DNA of 64,000 bases from Promethearchaeota archaeon (GCA_019058295.1 JAHPZI010000001.1:60686-124685); one strand, 5' to 3'; counted from the stretch's first letter, positions 29,220-39,927 are shown. Notes: generated from the sequence alone by a model not told the origin. Numbers and translations are program-made.

Positions 29220-30950
29220 ATGGTTAAAATGTTAAAAAATTTAGATAGAAGTATGTTGCAGAATATTTACAACTCTAATGAATTTAAAGGATGGCTTCTT
29301 TCGAGGAGATGGTTCGGAGATAAGTCTGCCTTATCTAACTTAGAGTTCAACGTGAATATTGAATATTTTACCATTCTTTCAGAAAGGATTTTTCTTAATA
29401 TTATAAAAATTGAAACTCCTGTTTACTCAAAATCATATTTTCTGCCTGTCATTTATTATAAAAAAATTCAAGAGATTCTTGAACAAAGTGAAAATAACAA
29501 GGATAATATTGTAAGACTAACTGAAATTACATTTAGTAAGAAACTTGCGCTTACTATAGGAAATGAGCATAAAATTTTTACACTCAATTTGTTGGAAGCA
29601 GAATATTGTATTTTTTTCTGGAAAAAGATTTTATTTGACAAAGATATTATTGAGGAATTTCCTTCACTTTCTTTGGATCTTTCCCTCTACACTGAACAAT
29701 TTCAAGATGATATCAGTAAGAAAGAAGTGCAAAACTTAATAGAGGCAAGTTTATTTCCTAATCGATATAATTACTCACTTCAGCAGCTAGGAGCTGGGAA
29801 TACTACTAATACCCTATTCTTACTAATTCTAGACAAAAAAACCCCTGACCAAAATCCAGTTTCCTTTGTTTTAAAATCGTACAAGGTATATGCGGAAAGT
29901 TTAGAACCTTCTATATTATATGTTTTAGTGAGAAATAACTTTCCAAATGCGCCTAAAATCTATGGAACGATAAAAATAAAAGGAATCGAAACCCTTGGAA
30001 TAATTGAAAGTGTCCAAAATGTTGGGAATATAGGAGCTATAGTCTGGAATGAACTCAACGATATGATCTATGATGTTTTCAAAAAGATAGATGCAGACTA
30101 TTCTCATCTTTCCGAAAAAAGCGATATTTCTAATTTTATCAAAAAATATTTCGTTGAGACTCTAAAAATTTCAGAACAAATGGGTATATATATTAATAAA
30201 CTGCATGAATCACTGATATTGCCAGACGAAAAAGATTTTAATGTAGAGATAGTTGATAGCGAAAATTATTTGAGAAATTACACGGAAAAGCTGAATTCTG
30301 TAATCTCCGAATTACAGAATAATATCAGTCAGAAATCGGAAAAAACCTTTTATAATTTACCAAAAATAAAATCTATCTTACTTGACATATCTATTATTAT
30401 TGAGAAATTCCGTTCACAGTTCGAAGACTCCCAAATAAAAATCCAACCTGTCCATCAAGATCTACATATGGAACAAATCCTCTATAATAAAAGCAATGAA
30501 GGGGATTTTGATTTCTGTTTTATCGATTTTGAGGGGGATCCTCAACTTACAACAGAAGAAAAGAAAAAAAAATATCCAGTTGAAAAAGATTTAGCGTCTC
30601 TTTTAAGGTCTCTTAGTTATATTAAATTCAACACTTTACTTAATTTTATTGAGAAAAAAATAATCCAAAAATACCTTATAGAAGTGCCTGAAGAAATTCT
30701 ATATAGCCTCTACTTCCGAAAAGCTGTAATAGGTAAAGGAAAAGTCTTAGAGACTGTCTTAAAAGTACTTAACGTTTGGGAAGAAAAAATAATGAGAAAA
30801 TTCATAAAAACTCTTAACCCAAACATCACTTTAACAAATTATTTCACTATAGAGCGCGCTTTACATGAGCTTAACTACGAACTCTTATTTAGACCAAATA
30901 AGACAATTGTACCAATTTTAGGGTTAAAAGAAATTATCGAAAAATATTGA
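29220..30950 (+). CDS. maltokinase-like (Mak/Pep2) phosphotransferase
   Basis: WL..RRWFGDK N-terminus, HQDLHMEQIL, IDFEG.P, D.AS.LRSL.Y, E..YEL..RP. Confidence 0.8.
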   Translation: MVKMLKNLDRSMLQNIYNSNEFKGWLLSRRWFGDKSALSNLEFNVNIEYFTILSERIFLNIIKIETPVYSKSYFLPVIYYKKIQEILEQSENNKDNIVRLTEITFSKKLALTIGNEHKIFTLNLLEAEYCIFFWKKILFDKDIIEEFPSLSLDLSLYTEQFQDDISKKEVQNLIEASLFPNRYNYSLQQLGAGNTTNTLFLLILDKKTPDQNPVSFVLKSYKVYAESLEPSILYVLVRNNFPNAPKIYGTIKIKGIETLGIIESVQNVGNIGAIVWNELNDMIYDVFKKIDADYSHLSEKSDISNFIKKYFVETLKISEQMGIYINKLHESLILPDEKDFNVEIVDSENYLRNYTEKLNSVISELQNNISQKSEKTFYNLPKIKSILLDISIIIEKFRSQFEDSQIKIQPVHQDLHMEQILYNKSNEGDFDFCFIDFEGDPQLTTEEKKKKYPVEKDLASLLRSLSYIKFNTLLNFIEKKIIQKYLIEVPEEILYSLYFRKAVIGKGKVLETVLKVLNVWEEKIMRKFIKTLNPNITLTNYFTIERALHELNYELLFRPNKTIVPILGLKEIIEKY

Positions 30951-30971
30951 AAATCATGTAAATAAAAAAGA

Positions 30972-31601
30972 TTATTCTTCTTCTAATCTCGCAAACTCGT
31001 ACGCATAATAGGATTTAGCTCTCTCAATAGGGCCAATTTTTTTAATGTAATCTTTTTTTTTCTTACTGTCTTTTTCAATCACAGCTGTAGTAAAATCCAT
31101 CTCGAATTCATCTTCAGGGGAATAATTAAAGATTTTATAGACAAAAGCCTCAATAAACTTTTCTGGACCGAATTTATTTGAAAATAAAATATAATTCTCT
31201 TTATCTATAAATTTATTGAAAAAGCCTAGATGCATGCATAGATCAAGTTTATAATCAATATTTTCCAATTGACCTTGCAACCTTGCTAAATCGTTAATAA
31301 ATCGAGCAAATTTTAGCCCATATTCTATTTGCGTTTCTTCTTCAAGAGTATGGAGTAATTTTCTAAATGTAGACTTCTTTATACAAATTAAATCCCTATC
31401 ATCTATCGATCTATTCGAGTCTTGGTCAATGATTATGTATTTTGCGATCTCTAAATAGTTTCTAATCACATTAGCTTTAGTAATACCCTTAGTATTTTTA
31501 ATATCTTCTAAAATTTGATCTAATTCTTTACTGATTCTAACTGTTAAAACGCTCGTTTCTTCTTTTTTTCGATCTATTAATCCAGTTTTACTATCACTCA
31601 T
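30972..31601 (-). CDS. ribbon-helix-helix transcription regulator
   Basis: VLTVRISKEL...L......GITKANVIR. Confidence 0.7.
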   Translation of the reverse strand: MSDSKTGLIDRKKEETSVLTVRISKELDQILEDIKNTKGITKANVIRNYLEIAKYIIIDQDSNRSIDDRDLICIKKSTFRKLLHTLEEETQIEYGLKFARFINDLARLQGQLENIDYKLDLCMHLGFFNKFIDKENYILFSNKFGPEKFIEAFVYKIFNYSPEDEFEMDFTTAVIEKDSKKKKDYIKKIGPIERAKSYYAYEFARLEEE

Positions 31602-32191
31602 TTAATAACCTCTATAATTAAATTTAATATTAAAAATTTTAAGATTTTAATTTAAATAACTCAAATTTTTAAAGTAATAATTGTATACATTTTTATTTAT
31701 ATAAATATAATAGTGACAAAAGAATTTAAATTCTCCATTTGTTTTATTATGTTTTGGTATTTTTTTTATTATTTTATAGTAATTAGCTTCATACTCTTAA
31801 ATTTTAAAAAAGAGTTAATTAACCTTCCTTCTTATTAATGATTAAATATAATTCTTGAATAAAAATTAATAATGCTACAATTATTTGTAATAAGAATTGA
31901 TTCTCAATTTAGGTTTTTAACTAAATATATATTGAAATCTTCTTAGATATTACATAATTTTTAATATTTTCAAAAATCGGGGCATTTTTAATATAAATAA
32001 TGTTTCATAAATATAAATGATCTTCTAAGAGAAACAAAAATTTAAAAAAATATCAAGGAATTTATACTACAAATGCATACAAAGTAATTTTATAATAACT
32101 ATATTTACAAACGAATATATATATTTGTTTTTTATATTTATTTTTCTTTCTTATATTTGTAAAGAAAAACGAAAGAAGGGAAAAAAATATT

Positions 32192-32515
32192 ATGGAAATT
32201 TCAGAAAATCAAATTTTGGCAGTCGAATTAATAAACAAGAGTCATTCTGTTGTAGTTGAATCCGATGACCAAATAGAAGAAATTGTAAAAGCGTTATCTA
32301 GTCAAACTAGGCGCAAAATTTTACGACAGATTCAAACTGAGCCTATGGATGTAAGTAAAATTGCGGCGAACTTAGAGATGACTGAGGCAAATATATCTGC
32401 CCAAATAAAAAAATTGGAGAAAGCAAAATTAGTTTCATGTGAATACAAATCAGGGCAGCACGGAGTAAGAAAAATTAGTCAATTACAATATGATGAAATT
32501 AAAATTAGATTTTAA
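32192..32515 (+). CDS. ArsR-family winged-helix regulator
   Basis: KALSS.TRRKIL, IAANL.MT.ANIS.QIKKLE.A.LV. Confidence 0.85.
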   Translation: MEISENQILAVELINKSHSVVVESDDQIEEIVKALSSQTRRKILRQIQTEPMDVSKIAANLEMTEANISAQIKKLEKAKLVSCEYKSGQHGVRKISQLQYDEIKIRF

Positions 32516-32609
32516 TCTATCAATATTCTCGATTATAATAAATTAACAAATATTAATTAAATTTAACTTCCTAAGAATACTCAAAAGGCAAAATTAGTTA
32601 AAATTTTGT

Positions 32610-32981
32610 TTAATCTTTACTTAATTTTGAGGTAATTTCTTTCAAATATAGTTTCATCAAGTGCCTTTCATTAGAACAAAATTCTATTTTAAGCTTATTG
32701 GACAAATTATTGGAGTTTAAGTAGATAAAACGATTTTTATTGAGTAATTCAAGATAAGTATTTTTATCTTTTTTAAGTTGTTCATTGATGAAGTTTTTAT
32801 ACTCCTTCTTAAAAAAACTGGGAGTTAAGGTTGATTGTGGATTGCTCTCTAAAATAGCGGTATAATTTTCCTTAAGTACGCCTGAACTCATAAAAACTTT
32901 TAAGCTTTTTTTTTTATAAAATAATACATAGGAATTTATTAAAAAAAGAGGGGGCTTTTGGTTTAGTATTTTTCTGAGCAA
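32610..32981 (-). CDS. hypothetical protein
   Basis: 123-aa ORF downstream of the radical SAM gene; start uncertain. Confidence 0.45.
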   Translation of the reverse strand: MLRKILNQKPPLFLINSYVLFYKKKSLKVFMSSGVLKENYTAILESNPQSTLTPSFFKKEYKNFINEQLKKDKNTYLELLNKNRFIYLNSNNLSNKLKIEFCSNERHLMKLYLKEITSKLSKD

Positions 32982-33038
32982 AATAGGCTTAATCTAATAT
33001 AACGAAAAGAAAAAGATAATATATATACAATTCAAATA

Positions 33039-34592
33039 TTATTTTTCTGAAGTCACAATAAGATCTTCCTGAGGTGGGGTGAATATTGGAGTACCATTAA
33101 CAACTTTTTCGATATTTTTTTGTCCATCCATTTGTTTTAATTCGTCAGAAATGACGTGGTGTGACATTCCCATAGTATGGAGCATCGAAAGACCCCCTTT
33201 AATTCCTTGTGTACCCAATCGAAATATACATTTAAGCATCCAATTGAACTTACCGAATGGATTGAGATACTCCTTTGCTCTTCTTTTCATCCAAGCTCCG
33301 TCTAAATAATAATAAGAATAGGCTTCTGCAACTAAACGATACATTTCTATATTTGTTAGTTGTTCAGTACGCATCATAGGATGAAATAGGTCGTAGTTTT
33401 TATAATTATGGGTAGTAATCATTCCTTTTAATTTCATCTCGTCGTAAAAAGGAGTTCCGGGGAAGGCAGTTATTGGAGTAAATTGCACGCAATCCATATC
33501 AAGTGATTTAGCATATTGGATATTTTGTCGTACCATTGTCTTAGTTTCACCTGGAAAGCCAATTATTACTCCTCCAAAAATCGATATACCTCTATCTCTT
33601 AGCATTTTTATTACTTTTCTTACCATGGTAGGAGTTAAGTTTTTCTTATTCATCGCATTAAGACTTTTTTGATGAACAGATTCAACTCCAAGGAAAACTT
33701 GCCCAAAATTTGCTTTATCTAAAAGATCTATTAACCATTGGTTGTGATATAAGGTGTCGACGCGAGATTGACAACTAAATTGCATTTTATTATTAACTCC
33801 TGACCGTATGATCGCATCTAATATTTTTTTGGTACGTTTAACATTAATAGTAAAATTATCCTCACAGAAGAATATAAAATTATTTCGCCAATCCACATCG
33901 TAGACTTCTCTCATAATTCTTAGTAAGCTTTTAGTTCGATATACAATATGTTGAGTTGGATCCTTCCACATTTTAATAATACAGCAAAACTTACAGTTAT
34001 GCGGACAACCCCTTGAAGTTTCTACTTGTTGAGTAGTTGTACCTATATAAGAGTAAACTTTACCCTTTAGAAGATCTCGGCGTGGTAAGGGAAAATTGTC
34101 TAAATCACATTCTAATTTTCTCTCGTTGTTATGAATTACATTCCCTTCTTTATTTTTATAAGAGAGACCATCAATATCTTTTAAGGAAATATTATTTCTA
34201 TTGCCATCAATATAATCTATAATTTCTTTAAATGTATGCTCTCCTTCTCCTCTAACGGTATAATCTACAGCAGGATGTTGAGCTACATACTCTGGAACTA
34301 ATGTTGGGTGATATCCTCCAAGAATTGTAGTACAGCCATGTTCTTTAGCCATTTCAGCTACCTCAAAAGCATGATAAATTTGAGGAGTCATACTAGTTAT
34401 AGCAACTACATCATATCGATTTAATTCGCGACGGAATCGTTTTTCTCGGTATTTATCAACTTTGAAATCAAATAATTTTGCGTCATGTTCAGGAACCATA
34501 GCCGCAATTGAAATAAGACTTAATGGGGCTCCTTTAATTATTGAATCAAGTCCAGATTCTAATTTCGCCGGATTAACATATAAAATTTTCAT
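33039..34592 (-). CDS. B12-binding radical SAM protein
   Basis: GGYHPT, GEGE, SRGCPHNCKFC, GVES, FPGTP. Confidence 0.9.
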   Translation of the reverse strand: MKILYVNPAKLESGLDSIIKGAPLSLISIAAMVPEHDAKLFDFKVDKYREKRFRRELNRYDVVAITSMTPQIYHAFEVAEMAKEHGCTTILGGYHPTLVPEYVAQHPAVDYTVRGEGEHTFKEIIDYIDGNRNNISLKDIDGLSYKNKEGNVIHNNERKLECDLDNFPLPRRDLLKGKVYSYIGTTTQQVETSRGCPHNCKFCCIIKMWKDPTQHIVYRTKSLLRIMREVYDVDWRNNFIFFCEDNFTINVKRTKKILDAIIRSGVNNKMQFSCQSRVDTLYHNQWLIDLLDKANFGQVFLGVESVHQKSLNAMNKKNLTPTMVRKVIKMLRDRGISIFGGVIIGFPGETKTMVRQNIQYAKSLDMDCVQFTPITAFPGTPFYDEMKLKGMITTHNYKNYDLFHPMMRTEQLTNIEMYRLVAEAYSYYYLDGAWMKRRAKEYLNPFGKFNWMLKCIFRLGTQGIKGGLSMLHTMGMSHHVISDELKQMDGQKNIEKVVNGTPIFTPPQEDLIVTSEK

Positions 34593-34739
34593 TTAAATAC
34601 TCATTCAATCAATGAAAAATTTTTAGGATTAATTTTATTTATCGGAGGAATTAATTGATAAAAAATTAAGAAATCTCTTATTTTCATTGTTAAGTTTATT
34701 GAATTTAAATTGATTTATAAACTTACACATAATAAATCT

Positions 34740-35885
34740 TTATTTTTCCAAGAAATAAGATACTAAAATATTTTTAATTTCTTCGAAATGACCTAAATGT
34801 ACCTTTAAAAGATCAGCTAAAGATTCACGAAGACCTACTTTTTCCATTCTTTCTGTAATCTTAAAATATGGTGTTTCTTTTAATTTTTTGACTAATAATT
34901 TGTGTTTTTCACTCCCTTCTAAAAGGAATTCAATCGGATTTATTTCTTCAACCCCTAACATTTTTTGAATGAATGACAACAACATTGTATCAAATGTTAA
35001 TCTCATTATCACTTCTTTATCGAAATCGGCTTTTTTAGAGAATAAATAATTCTTAAGAAGGGAAATTGACTGTTTAAACATTTCTATTGAGTCAAAACCA
35101 AGTTCTTTAATTTTTTCGTTGAAGGCTCGATTTTCTGTAACTCTTAAGCATACTGCCGCAAATGTTTGATATTCCGCTACAAAATGAATAAATCGAGCTT
35201 TAGCATTAAGCATCGTATCTTTTGATTTTTCCTCGTCTATTAATTCTCCTAAATTATCAAGAGATTTTCTGAAATAAGTCGCAATATCGTTAAATTTGTT
35301 TGCTGCAGCTTCATATTCCTTCATAACTAATAAATTAAGCGCTCTTTTCTCTTCTAATTCATAAAGCTCGTCAAATTTATTGATTTTCATTACAGCCTGT
35401 AAAATCAATCTTTTCCCCTTATCAATTGTTAGTCTAGAACGCTCGTAAGTTTGTCCAGCTTTTAGCAATAAAACCGAAGAAAGATTAAGATAATCTTCGG
35501 GATCAATCTCGTATAAATAAGAGGACGCTTTTTCCCAACTTTCTCCAGCACCCTCCCAATCATTCATTTTATATAATATATTTGCTAATTGCATTAGTAA
35601 TTTCGCTGAAACTTCATACAACTTCAATTGTTCTGTCTTTCGAATAATTAAATCTAATCGGTGAGTGGCCTGAATATTATTTTTATATTGCATAATTATT
35701 TTAGCGATTCGAATATAAAGCTCATCTAATTTGATATAACTCCCAAAATCAAGATAAATTTGAGCAGCTTTTTCATAAAGTTTTATAGCTTTTTCTCCTT
35801 CGCCTTTATCGACTAAATCTTCTGCTTGGTCTATTAATTGTATTGCTTCGAGTTCTTTTTGTTCTCTGTCGTAGTTATCGATCAT
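34740..35885 (-). CDS. TPR/alpha-SNAP-like helical repeat protein
   Basis: A..LYEKAAQIY, AGESWEKAS, AAANKFNDIA helical repeats. Confidence 0.6.
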   Translation of the reverse strand: MIDNYDREQKELEAIQLIDQAEDLVDKGEGEKAIKLYEKAAQIYLDFGSYIKLDELYIRIAKIIMQYKNNIQATHRLDLIIRKTEQLKLYEVSAKLLMQLANILYKMNDWEGAGESWEKASSYLYEIDPEDYLNLSSVLLLKAGQTYERSRLTIDKGKRLILQAVMKINKFDELYELEEKRALNLLVMKEYEAAANKFNDIATYFRKSLDNLGELIDEEKSKDTMLNAKARFIHFVAEYQTFAAVCLRVTENRAFNEKIKELGFDSIEMFKQSISLLKNYLFSKKADFDKEVIMRLTFDTMLLSFIQKMLGVEEINPIEFLLEGSEKHKLLVKKLKETPYFKITERMEKVGLRESLADLLKVHLGHFEEIKNILVSYFLEK

Positions 35886-35961
35886 TTGCTCTATTTAGAA
35901 TGTTTCAAATAATTGTTTTCAAAAAATTTATTATTATATTATATAGTTAAATTTAGTTTTT

Positions 35962-36846
35962 TTATATTTTATCAAGTAGTTTAATATTTTTATTTTTCAG
36001 TATATTTTTAAACTCTAAAGCTTGATAAGTTGAAGCAAAACTCTCTTTGGCGTCTTCAATGGCCCCATAAAAAATAAAATTGGAAAACCATGAAGCTATA
36101 AACATTATACTTGCTCTTCTATAGCGAGTGTGGAATTTTACATTTAATCGAGGTGAAGAATATTTGAATAGAAAAAGATTTGGTGCTGTACCAACCGGTA
36201 GTTTTAATGATGTACAGATTAACAGTTGAGTCTCTAATATGTGAGCTAAACTCTCTAGAGTGATAACCCCTCCATCAATCCATATTCTCTCAATACCTAA
36301 ATTATTTAATCCTTCTAATAAATTAATATTAGTAGATTCGTTTTTCTTAGTTAAATACGCATATCTTTGAGTGGAAGTCATATTTTCTGAGCCAAGGATC
36401 AATACTACAATAGAGTTAATTTTATATTTTTGAAGAATTTCAATTTCTTTTTTATTTTTAAGGTTTGAAATCGCATTATATATGTATTCTTCTGGTTTTA
36501 TCCCCCTCTCTTTAAGGTATTCAATTCCTGTAACCCGGGCGTCAAATGTTCCCCCTAAAACGAATGGAGTTTCAAAATGATCTAAATAAAATTCCAGATA
36601 TTTTATCATCGCTTTTGGTGTGGTTCCCGAGATTTCTATTAAATCTGGCAAATTATATTTTTTGGCTAAAGATTTATGTGTTAAAATTCGTTTTTTTGCT
36701 TTCTCTTCATTAAAAATTTCTTCATTTTTGCGATCTATCAAAGTTTGTCCTTGATAAAAAAGAGTTCCTATCATTATGGGGCGTAATTCAAAATTTCCTC
36801 GACCCAATTTTATATTACCATATACATATGGACTACAATCTGTCAT
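35962..36846 (-). CDS. tetrahydromethanopterin S-methyltransferase subunit H-like protein
   Basis: P.MIGTLFY.G, F.EEKA, IYNAI, LPVG, F.FYG.IE pattern of the MtrH family; divergent. Confidence 0.7.
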   Translation of the reverse strand: MTDCSPYVYGNIKLGRGNFELRPIMIGTLFYQGQTLIDRKNEEIFNEEKAKKRILTHKSLAKKYNLPDLIEISGTTPKAMIKYLEFYLDHFETPFVLGGTFDARVTGIEYLKERGIKPEEYIYNAISNLKNKKEIEILQKYKINSIVVLILGSENMTSTQRYAYLTKKNESTNINLLEGLNNLGIERIWIDGGVITLESLAHILETQLLICTSLKLPVGTAPNLFLFKYSSPRLNVKFHTRYRRASIMFIASWFSNFIFYGAIEDAKESFASTYQALEFKNILKNKNIKLLDKI

Positions 36847-36962
36847 TTTCCAACTATTTTTTAATAATTTTTAATTTTGATTTGTATCATTAAAATTATG
36901 AAGTAATGTTTAAGAATTTATAATTACATACAAAAATAATTAAAATTTTTTATTATATAAGC

Positions 36963-38162
36963 TTAATAAAGGTGCAATTTAACTCCACAGCTCTTGCATT
37001 GTCCATTCTCTAAGTTTTGAAAGCATTCTACATGGTATAGCGTTTCACATTCAGGATTACCGCATTTAACAACTTGTTGATTTTCTTCAAAGATATAAGA
37101 ACAAACTGGACAAGATTTATAAATAGCATCAGCTCCTAGTTCTGAAATATTCTCTAGACTTGCGGGAAGAACTTCAGATTTTTGAGAACCTTCTTGCTTT
37201 TGATACCTAGATCCAGATAAGGAACGTAATTTTTGTGCTTGAGTTACCTCTGAGGGAATTTTTAATAAATAAAAGCAGTGAGGACATCTACATGTTCCTG
37301 ATTCTATCAGCGAATTATCTGATTGAGACATTGCCCATGCGCCTAGACAATGAATATGATATGGTGTTTGACAATTTGGGCAATATCGCCCAGTAAGAAA
37401 GAAATTACCTTTGGTTGTGGGATCCTCTTCTTGAAAACAGATAGAACACTTTTTAAAATCCGCCTCACCTCTTAGTTGTTTTATTCTTAGTTCTTGTGAT
37501 TCAGTTAAATCTTGAACTCTTAATAGATTAGCAGCGATTTTTCTAAGAAAAGTTGGATTTTCAGAAAGAGATTCCATTCCTAATCCTGAAATTTTAATAT
37601 TTGAGGCAGCAAAATCTTGAGCAGAATCTATTAATGATTTATAATTATTTCCGTAATAATATCTTCCTTTGGTAAGATCAGTTAATTTTTTCAAAATATT
37701 AAGTTGACCTATCACGCCTATTCTGAAAGCGTCAATTTTTATACTAAGCCCTCTCGCAAGTTGAGCCATTTTCATAGGATCAATAGCGGATTGAGTATAA
37801 TTTCCATCAGAAATTATAAGAATTCTAGGAATATTAGCCATAACTTTTCGTAATTCTGCGATTAAAACTTTAATCGAAATTCCTAAACCATCAGCCATAT
37901 TAGACTTTCCTCCAATAGTAAGCGAGTCTAACATATCAATGATTTGATCTTCAAAATTGGTAAAATCTAAAACCTTCTGAGCGCTATCTGAAAATGTTAC
38001 AATTGCAAAAGCACTTTTACTATCTTTTTCAAATCTTTTCTTAATTAGTTCTTTTATGGCACTTATGCAACAGGAGAACCTATTGGGTTCATAATCAGTT
38101 CTAAACATACTTCTGCTTGTATCTAAGCAAATAACAATATTTTCAGAGACTCTACTTGGCAT
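36963..38162 (-). CDS. vWA-domain protein with two C-terminal RING/PHD-like fingers
   Basis: DTSRS MIDAS, ISDG; CSIC..CPNC..H..C..CPHC and CPVC..C...C..H..C..CKSC. Confidence 0.8.
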   Translation of the reverse strand: MPSRVSENIVICLDTSRSMFRTDYEPNRFSCCISAIKELIKKRFEKDSKSAFAIVTFSDSAQKVLDFTNFEDQIIDMLDSLTIGGKSNMADGLGISIKVLIAELRKVMANIPRILIISDGNYTQSAIDPMKMAQLARGLSIKIDAFRIGVIGQLNILKKLTDLTKGRYYYGNNYKSLIDSAQDFAASNIKISGLGMESLSENPTFLRKIAANLLRVQDLTESQELRIKQLRGEADFKKCSICFQEEDPTTKGNFFLTGRYCPNCQTPYHIHCLGAWAMSQSDNSLIESGTCRCPHCFYLLKIPSEVTQAQKLRSLSGSRYQKQEGSQKSEVLPASLENISELGADAIYKSCPVCSYIFEENQQVVKCGNPECETLYHVECFQNLENGQCKSCGVKLHLY

Positions 38163-38399
38163 GTTCTCAGAAACTTTTGGTAAACTATCTTTTTTATATA
38201 TCTTAATTTATAAAGATATATCTTTTAAGGTAAAATAATGCTTTTAATTATAATTCTTTTATTATAAAAAATTTTTTGCGAAATTTTTATTTATAAGATA
38301 AACAATTACTAATTAAAGAATAATAAATAAACAATTTCTTAAAGAAGAAATATAAATCCTCATATAATTAATAAAGAAAATAAAATAGCCTGAGTTCCA

Positions 38400-39602
38400 A
38401 TGTCAAAAATTAATAATATTCAGAAGATTAAAGATTTTTTCAAATCAAATGTTACAATTAATGAAATTAAAGAAGTTTTAAATTTTACACCGGATACTTT
38501 ATTTGGTATTGATAAAGTTAATGCCGAAAAGCTTAAAGATTCAAATATTAAAACTATTTCGGATTTAGCAAATATTAACATCGATGATCCTCCTAAAGTA
38601 GATGTACTACCTCAAATTTTAATTAAATGGATCAAGGTCGCTAAAGTTCTTGAAAAAGCAGTTAAAGAACAATTAAAGGCACAAAAGAAACTTTTACTCA
38701 TAGGATTGGATAATGGGGGTAAAACATCAATTTTAGCCGTTCTTCAAGATAAATTCTCAATTATTAAAGATCTATTACCTACTAGAGGTGTTTCAAGAGA
38801 GAAACTTGACTTCTTCGGATACCCGATTATATCGTGGGATCTTGGAGGACAAGCACAGTACCGTGAAAAGCTTTACTTTAATAAACCAGAATTATTTTTT
38901 GGAGAAGCAGATCTTATTCTATACGTTATTGACATACAAGATACAGCAAGATTCGAAGAAGCAGCTAATTACTTTAGTCAAGTATTAGACATTTTATTGG
39001 ATTTAAAGGAGTATCCCCCAATTTTAATAATTTTAAATAAATCAGATCAAGATGTTAGGCGAACCTTGACGTGGCAGAAAAGTGTAGATGTAATTAAAAG
39101 TAAATTCGATGTTATTCTTGACAGACATGAAAAGTTCAAAGCTGAATATTGCGATGCTTCAATTTTTCAAAAAGAAACAATAATGCAAATGTTCAGTAAT
39201 GCATTAATGAAAGTTTCCGAAACTTCTGAAATCGTAGAAAACATTCTTGAGGATTTCACAACTCAAATTGAAGGGAGAGCTTTAAGTTTGATCTCAATGG
39301 ATGGATTAATTTTTGGAAGTTATTTTAAAATAAAAACAGATGAGATATTAGTTAATAATTCAGCTTTGTTATTACAAACGCTCTCAAACTTTCATAATTC
39401 TCTTGGTTTACTCAGGGAAAAGAGTATATCTTTAGAACTTCCTTTAAATAATTTAACTATTCGCGGAGAAAAGTTATTTGAATATTCTGAGTTAGAGATT
39501 CCAGTTTATCTATGGTCCCTATCAGATAAACCAGAAAAATTAGATGAAAAACTAGATTTTTTTAGATCGCAATTGCTACCCTTAATTAATTTGTTCATCT
39601 AA
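38400..39602 (+). CDS. small GTPase with N-terminal HhH-like and C-terminal roadblock-like domains
   Basis: GLDNGGKTS, PTRG, WDLGGQ, NKSD; LISMDGLIFG roadblock-like strand. Confidence 0.8.
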   Translation: MSKINNIQKIKDFFKSNVTINEIKEVLNFTPDTLFGIDKVNAEKLKDSNIKTISDLANINIDDPPKVDVLPQILIKWIKVAKVLEKAVKEQLKAQKKLLLIGLDNGGKTSILAVLQDKFSIIKDLLPTRGVSREKLDFFGYPIISWDLGGQAQYREKLYFNKPELFFGEADLILYVIDIQDTARFEEAANYFSQVLDILLDLKEYPPILIILNKSDQDVRRTLTWQKSVDVIKSKFDVILDRHEKFKAEYCDASIFQKETIMQMFSNALMKVSETSEIVENILEDFTTQIEGRALSLISMDGLIFGSYFKIKTDEILVNNSALLLQTLSNFHNSLGLLREKSISLELPLNNLTIRGEKLFEYSELEIPVYLWSLSDKPEKLDEKLDFFRSQLLPLINLFI

Positions 39603-39639
39603 ATTTTAAGTTATTATTTCTTTTATTTCCAACATTATT

Positions 39640-39855
39640 TTATTCTAATTCCTTTTGAGCATCGAGCAAATATTTACTACATTGCTCCATCGTTTCTATT
39701 GCCTTATCTAAATTTTCAACGACGTTCTTTAATCCTTTAGCTTCTGCGATATTCCGCCATTTTAGAAAATTCTCTTTATGCGAATCGTTATGATTCGCCC
39801 AATGTTGGCATAATTTCGATAATTTTAAAATATCTTTATCTTTTTTATCTAAAAT
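39640..39855 (-). CDS. CooJ-like nickel-binding helical protein (71 aa), absent from ORF track
   Basis: Own translation ...KLSKLCQHWANHNDSHKENFLKW...; H-W-x2-H-x3-H motif; ATT start directly after an in-frame TGA; immediately downstream of cdhA. Confidence 0.7.
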   Translation of the reverse strand: MLDKKDKDILKLSKLCQHWANHNDSHKENFLKWRNIAEAKGLKNVVENLDKAIETMEQCSKYLLDAQKELE

Positions 39856-39927
39856 TCATCACTTTATCTTTTGTAAATATTAAAACTCGTAAATTAATTT
39901 AAAAAAAAAAAATAAAAAAAATAAAAT

